From the IMG/VR virus record IMGVR_UViG_3300045988_101290, positions 1-39,284 of that record: a DNA stretch of 39,284 nt, one strand, 5' to 3'. A program made the position numbers and the translations under genes. Positions 9,831 through 16,204 of the stretch are shown here, piece after piece. Position 1 is the stretch's first letter; the number at the start of each line of letters is the position of its first letter. The notes under the pieces are model-generated. The model did not search any database. It was not told the DNA's origin and saw only the letters and a program-made list of their open reading frames with translations. Source of the DNA: a virus.

Positions 9831-10934
9831 ATGGCATTAAACGGAATAGATATAAGTAATCATCAGAAAGGACTCAATCTGAAGGATATAACTTGCGACT
9901 TTGTAATCTGTAAGGCTACGGAGGGAACAACCTTCGTAGATAAATATTGTGACGGTTTCATGCAACAGGCTATGAAACTTGGCAAAAAAGTAGGCGTGTA
10001 TCATTTTGCGAGCGGCAAAACAACCGGAAAAGCTGAAGCGGATTTCTTTTTGAAGAATGTACAGGGATATATTGGAAGAGCAATCTTGATCTTGGATTGG
10101 GAAGGAGACGCAGTAAAGAAAGGCGTAGGATATGCAAAAGAATTCCTGGATCGCGTGCTGGAGAAGACGGGAATCAAACCTATGTTATACAGCTACAACA
10201 ATTGCATCAATGCTTATGACTGGTCAGCAGTCAAAAACGCAGACTATGGCCTTTGGAACGCTGGCTACTACAATGGATATACAGAAATGGGATACACTCC
10301 GAAAGCACCTCTGAAAGGAGGACTTGGAGCCTGGGGAAGCTGTGCGATGTATCAGTATACTTCAAGTGGGAAATTAGCAGGTTGGTCTGGCCATCTCGAT
10401 TTAGATGTATTCTATGGAGACGCAGCTGCATGGGACAAATACGCTGGCGGTTCGGCCGGAGCCGGAACATCTATTGCAAAACCAGCACCCGCACCAATTC
10501 CTGCAGTAAATCCAACGAATCAGAGCTTGAAAAATGCACAGATCCATATTAATAACTTTACGGGCGCTGGAATTCCTGAAGATGGAAAGAACGGTCCGAA
10601 GACACGCAAAGGATTAATTATGGCATTACAGACTGCTTGCAATATGGATTACAATTCTGGTTTGACCGTAGACGGAAAAATCGGAGCGAAGACTAATGCT
10701 GCGCGTGACCTCCATTATGTAAAACGTGGAGAGAAGCAGTATCTTGTTACATTCGTTGAAATCGGACTTACAGCACTTGGATATTATAGCGGAGCAGTAG
10801 AAGCGCCAGGAATTTTCGGCGGTGGGTTGGAAACAGCAGTAGATAAATTCCAGAATGACACCAGTCTCAACAACGACAAAGTAGCCGGAAGGAATGTTAT
10901 GGATATGATCCTTAGAAAAATGGGATGTATTTAA
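9831..10934 (+). CDS. endolysin: GH25 muramidase domain plus C-terminal peptidoglycan-binding repeats
   Basis: N-terminus NGIDISNHQ...DFVICKATEG...VGVYHFA is typical of GH25. The C-terminus carries PG_binding_1-like repeats (DGKNGPKTRKGL, VDGKIGAKTNAA). Confidence 0.9.
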   Translation: MALNGIDISNHQKGLNLKDITCDFVICKATEGTTFVDKYCDGFMQQAMKLGKKVGVYHFASGKTTGKAEADFFLKNVQGYIGRAILILDWEGDAVKKGVGYAKEFLDRVLEKTGIKPMLYSYNNCINAYDWSAVKNADYGLWNAGYYNGYTEMGYTPKAPLKGGLGAWGSCAMYQYTSSGKLAGWSGHLDLDVFYGDAAAWDKYAGGSAGAGTSIAKPAPAPIPAVNPTNQSLKNAQIHINNFTGAGIPEDGKNGPKTRKGLIMALQTACNMDYNSGLTVDGKIGAKTNAARDLHYVKRGEKQYLVTFVEIGLTALGYYSGAVEAPGIFGGGLETAVDKFQNDTSLNNDKVAGRNVMDMILRKMGCI

Positions 10935-10948
10935 ATTGAGATTAACGT

Positions 10949-10984
10949 GAAGTAACAGGGGGAAATTCTCCGCCCTGTTACTTC
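10949..10984. terminator. strong 12-bp-stem hairpin, bidirectional terminator candidate
   Basis: GAAGTAACAGGG...CCCTGTTACTTC lies between the convergent endolysin and the minus-strand block. It has no clear T-run. Confidence 0.55.
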
Positions 10985-11004
10985 ATTAAATGGGAAGACC
11001 AAGA
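10985..11004. repeat. right arm of the perfect 20-bp inverted repeat
   Basis: ATTAAATGGGAAGACCAAGA is the reverse complement of 9131..9150. It lies 29 nt beyond the stop of cassette B1 in that cassette's coding direction. Confidence 0.9.
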
Positions 11005-11033
11005 TTTATTCAATAGCTTCAAATTACTAAAGA

Positions 11034-11357
11034 TTAAACAATCGCTTTCACAGATAAACCTTTGTCTAAAAATACAATTCGGTAGGTGCCCCAACCGCCA
11101 GCGAATCTTGGAATAGTTATAGTGCCGTTTTTACCTCCAGTAGCACCTATTGCATTTGACGATACATACGCTTGTGCTGTCGAAACATCTGTGTCGCTAA
11201 ACGATATACAAATCGGTTGAGCAGCCTCCAATTGACTACTAATTAGAAGAAGTGCAACTACAGTTCTACTTCTTGTAATCCCAGAGAATTGCAGCTTTCG
11301 CTCAATGTTACTTTGATCAACATAAGCCGAATTTATTTCAAGTGCTTTCTTGCTATT
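11034..11357 (-). other. silent tail-fibre tip cassette B1 (NSK + 104 codons + stop)
   Basis: Part of track ORF 11034..11411, whose start is TTG with no RBS. It begins at the core AAT AGC AAG and is beta-rich. Confidence 0.45.
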
Positions 11358-11642
11358 TTGTTTAAGAAATTTTTGAAAGAATTCCACGTTCGATTGAATA
11401 TCGAATATCAAGTTTCATACCATATCTATATAATACTATCAGTCCGTATGTACCATTAATATATCTATATCCAACGGCAAGATATCTTGATTCGGCTATA
11501 AAATTTTTAAAGAACGTTCCTTCTTTCGGAAATCTGTTCTTAGTCACTGCATCCTTTACACATGCATCAAGTCCACCAAGCGCTTCATATTCCGGGTCTC
11601 GATAATGTATTTCCGAAGTATCAATCTGAGCCTTGCTATTTA
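11349..11642. repeat. direct repeat copy 1 (294 bp; core-A1-core)
   Basis: Manual alignment to 11897..12190 gives 20 substitutions and no indels, with a period of 548 bp. Confidence 0.9.
11362..11640 (-). other. silent tail-fibre tip cassette A1
   Basis: Part of track ORF 11362..11667 (GTG start, no RBS). Begins at TTA AAT AGC AAG. Contains EALGG and NRFPKEGTFF motifs that resemble the expressed tip. Confidence 0.45.
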
Positions 11643-11905
11643 ACCTCACAAGTAAAATCACTTGCACTGATTATTGACGCATAACTCCAATTGCTTAGTT
11701 TGACCTCAAATCTACCGTTTGCATATTTGATACTACCTTCTCCCACGCTTGAAATCTGAGTTGACAAAGAAGCGAACGCATAAAAATATGCTGTGTTATA
11801 ATCTCCAAAAGCCATGAAAGAAAAATGACTTGTGTCTTTTGGGATAACACATATAGTGTCTTTATCGTTTGTACTTACCTTTGCGGTAAAAAATGCCTTG
11901 CTATT
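11636..11905 (-). other. silent tail-fibre tip cassette B2
   Basis: Part of track ORF 11636..11959 (TTG start, no RBS). Contains VIPKDTSHFSFMAFG, compared with LPKDTKYGYGSG in the expressed tip. Its stop TAG lies inside the next core. Confidence 0.45.
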
Positions 11906-12190
11906 TTGTTTAAGAAATTTTTGAAAAAATTCCACTTTCGATTGAATATCGACTATCAAGTTTCAGACCATATCTATATAATACTATTAGTCCGTATGTA
12001 CCATTAACATATCTATATCCAACGGCAAGATATCTCGAACCGGCTATAAAACTTTTAAAGAACGTTCCTTCTTTCGGAAATCTGTTCTTAGTCACTGCAT
12101 CCTTTACACATTCATCAACTCCACCAAGAGCATGATATTCCGAGTCTTGATAATATATTACTGAAGTATCAATCTGAGCCTTGCTATTTA
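11897..12190. repeat. direct repeat copy 2 (294 bp; core-A2-core)
   Basis: See copy 1. The two copies share a ~58-nt block of complete identity (TGTGTAAAGGATGCAGTGACTAAGAACAG...). Confidence 0.9.
11910..12188 (-). other. silent tail-fibre tip cassette A2 (paralogue of A1)
   Basis: The conserved part of track ORF 11910..12350. The remaining 5' part of that ORF is antisense to the miaB fragment and its promoter. Confidence 0.45.
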
Positions 12191-12220
12191 AAACACAATA
12201 GCTGCTGATCAGAATAAATC

Positions 12221-12249
12221 TTGAAAAACTTGTAATACTAACGTATAAT
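12221..12249 (+). promoter_or_regulatory. sigma-A-type promoter TTGAAA-17-TATAAT driving the miaB fragment
   Basis: -35 at 12221..12226, a 17-nt spacer, and -10 at 12244..12249, which is 37 nt upstream of the ATG at 12287. Confidence 0.6.
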
Positions 12250-12286
12250 ATTGTAACGCCATTAATGAGAGAAAGGAATTGCAATA

Positions 12287-12496
12287 ATGTATACAAACAA
12301 CGAAGAATTCGAAAAGATGTTAGAAACAATTGATATAGATAAAGAACCACCAGCTGATGATACTGAAAGACAGTATTATTTTATCAAAAAAGCAAGGAAA
12401 TATGTAAAAGAGGAATCAGAGAAACTGGGCCGCCCATTATTCTTTGCTACCGTAACATTCGGTTGTCAGATGAACCCGGTATCCGTGAATTATTAA
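12287..12496 (+). pseudogene. miaB: 5' fragment of tRNA methylthiotransferase miaB (first ~63 codons), predicted to be completed by the host gene after integration
   Basis: ...ERQYYFIKKARKYV...GRPLFFATVTFGCQMN matches the N-terminal extension and first cluster cysteine (GCQMN) of clostridial-type MiaB. The frame then diverges (PVSVNY) and stops. Confidence 0.6.
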
Positions 12497-12516
12497 GCAT
12501 TCAATATGAAACATAC

Positions 12517-12552
12517 AAAAGCCCTGGAAACATTGGATTTCCGGGGCTTTTT
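12517..12552. terminator. bidirectional rho-independent terminator
   Basis: AAAA GCCCTGGAAA cattgga TTTCCGGGGC TTTTT lies between the miaB fragment and the 3' end of the integrase gene. Confidence 0.7.
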
Positions 12553-14244
12553 CTATCTGTACAATAATGTGTGCGTTAATCCGTTTTTAAAAACGATCTC
12601 TGCAATACGCTTATCCAGAACAACGATGTGATCAACGATAGAATTGACAAATGCTTTCATAGATTCTTCATCCAATGCAGCAAGTCTGGAATAGTCTATA
12701 TAGTCACCACTGTTGATCTTGTGCGAGATAAGGAATTGAGATGCGGATTTAAGGAAGGCTGCCTGATCAACATTCTCGGAAATAGAAGAGGACTCTAAAC
12801 CCTTGATGCTATTTTCCAGCTTTATTCGGTCAACCTCCAGCTTTGACTTCATCTCAAGAAATTCTTTTTCATCCATTCCATCGTCGTCAAAGAGATATGC
12901 TTTCTTTAGCCGCTCCAGAGCACGATCCGTCCGCTGGAGCTTCTCTTTCAATTCCGTCGTTTTACTCTCATCAGTAGCACCACTGGATATAGGCTTACCG
13001 GACAGCAGCTCTGATCCGGAACGTCCAAACAGTAGATCAAGAGTATCCTGAAGACTGGAAGCAGAGATACCGACCACATCGGAAAAAGAAACGTGGGAGA
13101 GAATGACCCGCTCCAGGGATTCACAGTCTTTGATAAACCTTCGGCTCTTTGATGCATCGACCATTGCGGCTATATAATTAAGCACAAATGGACCAATCCT
13201 GACGTCGCTGACATTCAGGTTATCACAGTTCTTTTTCTGATATTTCCCGGTGCAGGCGTAAGAGGACGGCCGGAAGCCATCACCTTTGCGGCTGTCTTTG
13301 CCTTTTACCTGATATCCGGAGCCACACTTTCCGCAGATCATTAACCCGGCAAACACATTACATCTTTTCCGGATTGGATGGAAGACAGAAGTGTTTCGGT
13401 TTTGACTGTTTGCATCCATCCGTCGGTTAACTTCGTCCCATATATTGGGATCAATGAGCGGCGGGAAGACACCTTTGATGTAGATGACCTCATCATCGGA
13501 TTTCTTCTTTCCTCTGGCGCTCTCGCGGTAATTATACCGGTAATCGCCTTTGTTGATCGGATTCCGTAAAAAGTCCGCGACTGTCTTCGAAGTCCATTCC
13601 CCACCTCGTTTGGTAGGAATATTATGAGAATTGTTATAATCGCAGATAGTAACGGATGATCCGCCGTCCAGATACATCTGATACATAGCTTTGGCATAAG
13701 GAGCTTCTTTCTTTGAATGGACAGGACACTTCTTCTCGGCATCCCAATCCCACCCGTAAGGAACTCTTGCACCATTCCATTGTTTGTTCTGTGCACGTCC
13801 GATCATTACGTCTTTAACACGCTCAGACGTCAATTTACGCTCCAATTCGGCGAACACTAGTATAATCTTAAGGATAGCCTCACCGATGGCGCTAGAGGTG
13901 TCAAATTGTTCATTCAGTGATATGAACGTAACATTGTTGTATTTGAAATCATCGTACATGAGAGAGAAGTCCACAAGGTTTCTTGTAATCCGGTCTATCT
14001 TATATACGATCACGTGAGAGACCTGGCCAGATTTTACTTTCTCCATCATTCGCTCGAATGCAGGACGTTTCGTATTCTTACCGGACCGGCCTGCATCCTC
14101 AAATACCTCAATTCGCTTTTTATTAATGTGCAGCACGTGTTCGCAGTAGGCTCGCAACTCTTTCTTTTGAAATGGGAGAGAGTCCTTGTCGACCTGATAA
14201 CCAGTACTTACGCGGACATACAATGCTACTATTTTCTCGTCCAT
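12553..14244 (-). CDS. large serine recombinase (integrase)
   Basis: N-terminal resolvase domain (VALYVRVSTGYQ...SL..Q), recombinase domain, Cys-rich zinc ribbon and C-terminal coiled coil. Start taken at MDEKIV (ATG 14244), 8 nt after AAAGGA. Confidence 0.92.
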   Translation of the reverse strand: MDEKIVALYVRVSTGYQVDKDSLPFQKKELRAYCEHVLHINKKRIEVFEDAGRSGKNTKRPAFERMMEKVKSGQVSHVIVYKIDRITRNLVDFSLMYDDFKYNNVTFISLNEQFDTSSAIGEAILKIILVFAELERKLTSERVKDVMIGRAQNKQWNGARVPYGWDWDAEKKCPVHSKKEAPYAKAMYQMYLDGGSSVTICDYNNSHNIPTKRGGEWTSKTVADFLRNPINKGDYRYNYRESARGKKKSDDEVIYIKGVFPPLIDPNIWDEVNRRMDANSQNRNTSVFHPIRKRCNVFAGLMICGKCGSGYQVKGKDSRKGDGFRPSSYACTGKYQKKNCDNLNVSDVRIGPFVLNYIAAMVDASKSRRFIKDCESLERVILSHVSFSDVVGISASSLQDTLDLLFGRSGSELLSGKPISSGATDESKTTELKEKLQRTDRALERLKKAYLFDDDGMDEKEFLEMKSKLEVDRIKLENSIKGLESSSISENVDQAAFLKSASQFLISHKINSGDYIDYSRLAALDEESMKAFVNSIVDHIVVLDKRIAEIVFKNGLTHTLLYR

Positions 14245-14406
14245 AAATATCATCCTTTCCGTAAAAATGAGTATAAAAAATACACCTATACGGTGCTGAA
14301 AATTTATGGTACAATATCATTGCCGATGAATTATTGTACGTGCTCAGCACTGTATAGTATTTATCAAAAGGTCTCGGTGTTGGTAGCACCGGGGCTTTTT
14401 ATATTA

Positions 14407-14571
14407 TTAACTTGTTTGCGTAGGCATTAGATCATCCAGACATTCCTGCATAAATTGTTCTGTTATACAGGTATAGAGCTCGTCGGTTTGAGGGCGGATC
14501 TTAACATCTAATTCATGGACTATCTTATAATATAATTCCAATGCAACTTCATTTTCAAAAATATATATCAT
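14407..14571 (-). CDS. hypothetical small protein (54 aa)
   Basis: ATG 5 nt after AAGAGG, and 13 nt downstream of the zinc-ribbon gene stop. Too short to appear in the ORF track. Confidence 0.3.
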   Translation of the reverse strand: MIYIFENEVALELYYKIVHELDVKIRPQTDELYTCITEQFMQECLDDLMPTQTS

Positions 14572-14584
14572 AGATACCTCTTAA

Positions 14585-14878
14585 TTATTTGACTTTCCAT
14601 GTATGACCACAATCCTGGCAAACAGCAATAGTTGCATTGAGTGTTTTGTTGGCATGAACATTTAAGCCGGAACGTTTCTTTCCGCCAAAAAGAGTCTTTA
14701 ACCATCCAAAACAAATAAAAGAGATTGGCTTCCACCACCATCCGATGAGCACCCAGTAAAAGCAACCCTTACTTTCCTTTGGTGCTTCGATAACAACCTT
14801 GTTTGTGCCAGCTCCGATGGATGCTGTCTGTTCTCTTTGTATTAAAACGTTTTCGCTTCCGCATTTTGGACAATTCAT
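14585..14878 (-). CDS. zinc-ribbon membrane protein
   Basis: MNCPKCGS...CQDCGH forms a split zinc ribbon around a Trp-rich hydrophobic segment (FYWVLIGWWWKPISFICFGW). AGGAGGG RBS lies 7 nt upstream of the ATG at 14878. Confidence 0.55.
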   Translation of the reverse strand: MNCPKCGSENVLIQREQTASIGAGTNKVVIEAPKESKGCFYWVLIGWWWKPISFICFGWLKTLFGGKKRSGLNVHANKTLNATIAVCQDCGHTWKVK

Positions 14879-14956
14879 AATTCTGTCCCTCCTAAATTTC
14901 TTTTGTTTCCAAAAATCACCAGTATAACAAAGATGAAGAATTCGCATACTCAAAGT

Positions 14957-15154
14957 ATGAAAATATTACTCAGCGAAATCATGAATCAAAAAAATCTAAC
15001 AATCCGCCAAGTATCTATTCCTACAAGCGTCCCCCGATCGACCGTGGCAGACATCATGTCTGAAAGGGCAAGTCCACGATTAGATACTTTGGAACAACTG
15101 GCAAAAGGGCTAAAAGTCCGAATTACCGACCTGTATGAATCAAAGTACAAATAA
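14957..15154 (+). CDS. XRE-family helix-turn-helix protein
   Basis: 65 aa; NLTIRQVSIPTSVPRSTVADIMS is a typical HTH_3 motif. The start is uncertain (14933 or 14957). Confidence 0.6.
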   Translation: MKILLSEIMNQKNLTIRQVSIPTSVPRSTVADIMSERASPRLDTLEQLAKGLKVRITDLYESKYK

Positions 15155-15248
15155 GTGTCCGAGAACTCGGACAAATTTCAAAAACGCACCGGTTTACGCA
15201 AAGTTAAGTGTTTTAATATATGAAAGGATAATTAAGATTCTCAAAACA

Positions 15249-15262
15249 CGAACGAACGTTCG
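15249..15262. promoter_or_regulatory. LexA (Cheo/SOS) box 1 CGAACGAACGTTCG
   Basis: Perfect match to the Firmicutes consensus CGAAC-N4-GTTCG. Lies 8 nt upstream of the -35. Confidence 0.55.
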
Positions 15263-15270
15263 AATAAATA

Positions 15271-15299
15271 TTGATTTTGAAATGCAATAGTTGTATGAT
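15271..15299 (+). promoter_or_regulatory. promoter TTGATT-17-TATGAT with TG extension
   Basis: -35 at 15271..15276 and -10 at 15294..15299, with TG at 15292..15293. Confidence 0.6.
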
Positions 15300-15314
15300 T
15301 AATTCAGAACAATT

Positions 15315-15328
15315 CGAACAAATGTTCA
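15315..15328. promoter_or_regulatory. LexA (Cheo/SOS) box 2 CGAACAAATGTTCA
   Basis: GAAC-N4-GTTC core intact. Lies just downstream of the -10, around +10 to +23. Confidence 0.5.
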
Positions 15329-15349
15329 CAGAGCGGAGGTGCGTTACAT

Positions 15350-15460
15350 ATGGAAGAATTAAAAATCTTATTATCAAAACTGGATGATTCTGATCACAAA
15401 ATAATCCAGCAACTCTACGCTATCCTATATAGGTACCTGGAAAAGAGGGGAAGGCTCTAA
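15350..15460 (+). CDS. 36-aa protein under the SOS-box promoter (candidate antirepressor/inducer)
   Basis: MEELKILLSKLDDSDHKIIQQLYAILYRYLEKRGRL. GGAGGTG lies 8 nt upstream of the ATG, and the ORF ends in a terminator hairpin. Confidence 0.4.
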   Translation: MEELKILLSKLDDSDHKIIQQLYAILYRYLEKRGRL

Positions 15461-15482
15461 GCCTTTTCCTCTTTATTTTTTT
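15443..15482. terminator. bidirectional terminator
   Basis: AAGAGGGGAAGGC tctaa GCCTTTTCCTCTT followed by a T-run. It overlaps the stop of the repressor gene. Confidence 0.6.
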
Positions 15483-15865
15483 ATACCATCTGCTACGTTC
15501 TTAAAATACTCACGTATCACAGTCTTAGATTTATCGTCAAGAGAATGATAGGTCTTCATCATTTCGATGATCGCATCATAGAATGCATTCCCATTTCCAT
15601 CATATTCCAACAGATCCTCAACATAATAACCGACTTCTTGCATTGGCGAAAGCTCAATAAACATCTTATCGCTATCTCCTCCGTTTCGGAGCCAGTCCTC
15701 ATTGACACGAAAAGTTTTACATATGAGAGAGATTACTGCATCACTAGGAGCATTTTTTCCTACTTCGTAGGCACCAATATTCCCGCGTGATATTTTCAAC
15801 TTATCGGCAAATTCTTGCTGCGTAAGTTTTAATTCTTTTCTTAACGCTTTGATACGCTCATTCAT
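15473..15865 (-). CDS. CI-like repressor (XRE HTH N-domain, no S24 peptidase domain)
   Basis: MNERIKALRKELKLTQQEFADKLKISRGNIGAYEVGKNAP. GGGAGG RBS. Divergent from a consensus early promoter. 130 aa in total. Confidence 0.8.
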   Translation of the reverse strand: MNERIKALRKELKLTQQEFADKLKISRGNIGAYEVGKNAPSDAVISLICKTFRVNEDWLRNGGDSDKMFIELSPMQEVGYYVEDLLEYDGNGNAFYDAIIEMMKTYHSLDDKSKTVIREYFKNVADGIKK

Positions 15866-15892
15866 TGGTACACCTCCCTTCGTTCTGGGTTC

Positions 15893-15921
15893 ATCATAGC
15901 ACAATAAAATTTATAATTCAA
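15893..15921 (-). promoter_or_regulatory. repressor promoter TTGAAT-17-TATGAT (minus strand)
   Basis: -35 is the complement of 15916..15921 and -10 is the complement of 15893..15898. Confidence 0.5.
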
Positions 15922-15928
15922 TACAAAA

Positions 15929-15994
15929 TGTTGGTAAATCACAAAAAGTATTGACAAAAAGAATTAACCAACATATAATTGAGACATACCAACA
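15929..15994. promoter_or_regulatory. three copies of operator-like motif (T/A)ACCAACA
   Basis: TGTTGGTA at 15929..15936 (inverted), AACCAACA at 15966..15973 (abutting the -10) and TACCAACA at 15987..15994 (just after the start site). Confidence 0.45.
15951..15979 (+). promoter_or_regulatory. early promoter TTGACA-17-TATAAT (perfect consensus)
   Basis: -35 at 15951..15956 and -10 at 15974..15979. Confidence 0.75.
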
Positions 15995-16021
15995 AATCAA
16001 TGCAATGTGAGGTGAGAAGAA

Positions 16022-16204
16022 ATGTGGAAAAAATTACAAAACTGGTGGAAATACGACCGCCCAGCGAGCTTCTGGGATTGGGTACTTGACATGGATGATG
16101 ATCACTGGTGGTTTAGTCCATTAGTATCAGTAATAAGCTCGCTGGCTGGTTGGGCAATAGGACTCTGGCTATTCTCTTTAATACTACGCATGCTCCAAAG
16201 GTAG
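16022..16204 (+). CDS. Trp-rich small membrane protein, first early gene
   Basis: 60 aa with 9 Trp and a C-terminal TM segment. GAGGTGAG RBS, downstream of the consensus promoter. Confidence 0.5.
   Translation: MWKKLQNWWKYDRPASFWDWVLDMDDDHWWFSPLVSVISSLAGWAIGLWLFSLILRMLQR

Noticed and set aside
11349-12190. The 294-bp repeat pair as template and variable repeats of a diversity-generating retroelement.
   Set aside because: No reverse transcriptase gene is present anywhere in the genome. The 20 substitutions involve all base types and are not adenine-specific.
11034-12350. Four serially overlapping minus-strand ORFs (overlaps of 50, 32 and 50 nt, each +1 relative to the previous), read either as a real four-gene operon or as a chain of programmed +1 frameshifts.
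   Set aside because: None has an ATG or a Shine-Dalgarno sequence, in a genome where most well-supported genes have clear RBSs. No shared slippery or stop-context motif exists at the three junctions. The only shared element is the in-frame core AAATAGCAAG, which is also present in the expressed tail-fibre gene. The silent-cassette reading explains all of these observations better. Independent expression cannot be fully excluded without data.
12287-12496. The 69-aa ORF as a bona fide small phage protein.
   Set aside because: The sequence is the N-terminus of MiaB, truncated right after the first cluster cysteine. It is interpreted as a gene fragment linked to attP.
12553-14244. The large serine recombinase as the invertase for the adjacent cassette array.
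   Set aside because: Its domain layout and the adjacent miaB fragment fit an integrase with attP. The candidate crossover cores (10-12 bp) look nothing like the ~40-50-bp sites these enzymes use. This is not strictly excluded, so it is listed as an alternative to test.
13341-14430. ORFs 13341..13796 (-), 13784..14017 (+) and 14014..14430 (+) within or around the integrase gene.
   Set aside because: They are alternative-frame or antisense shadows of the 563-aa recombinase gene. The last one runs across its promoter region without an RBS.
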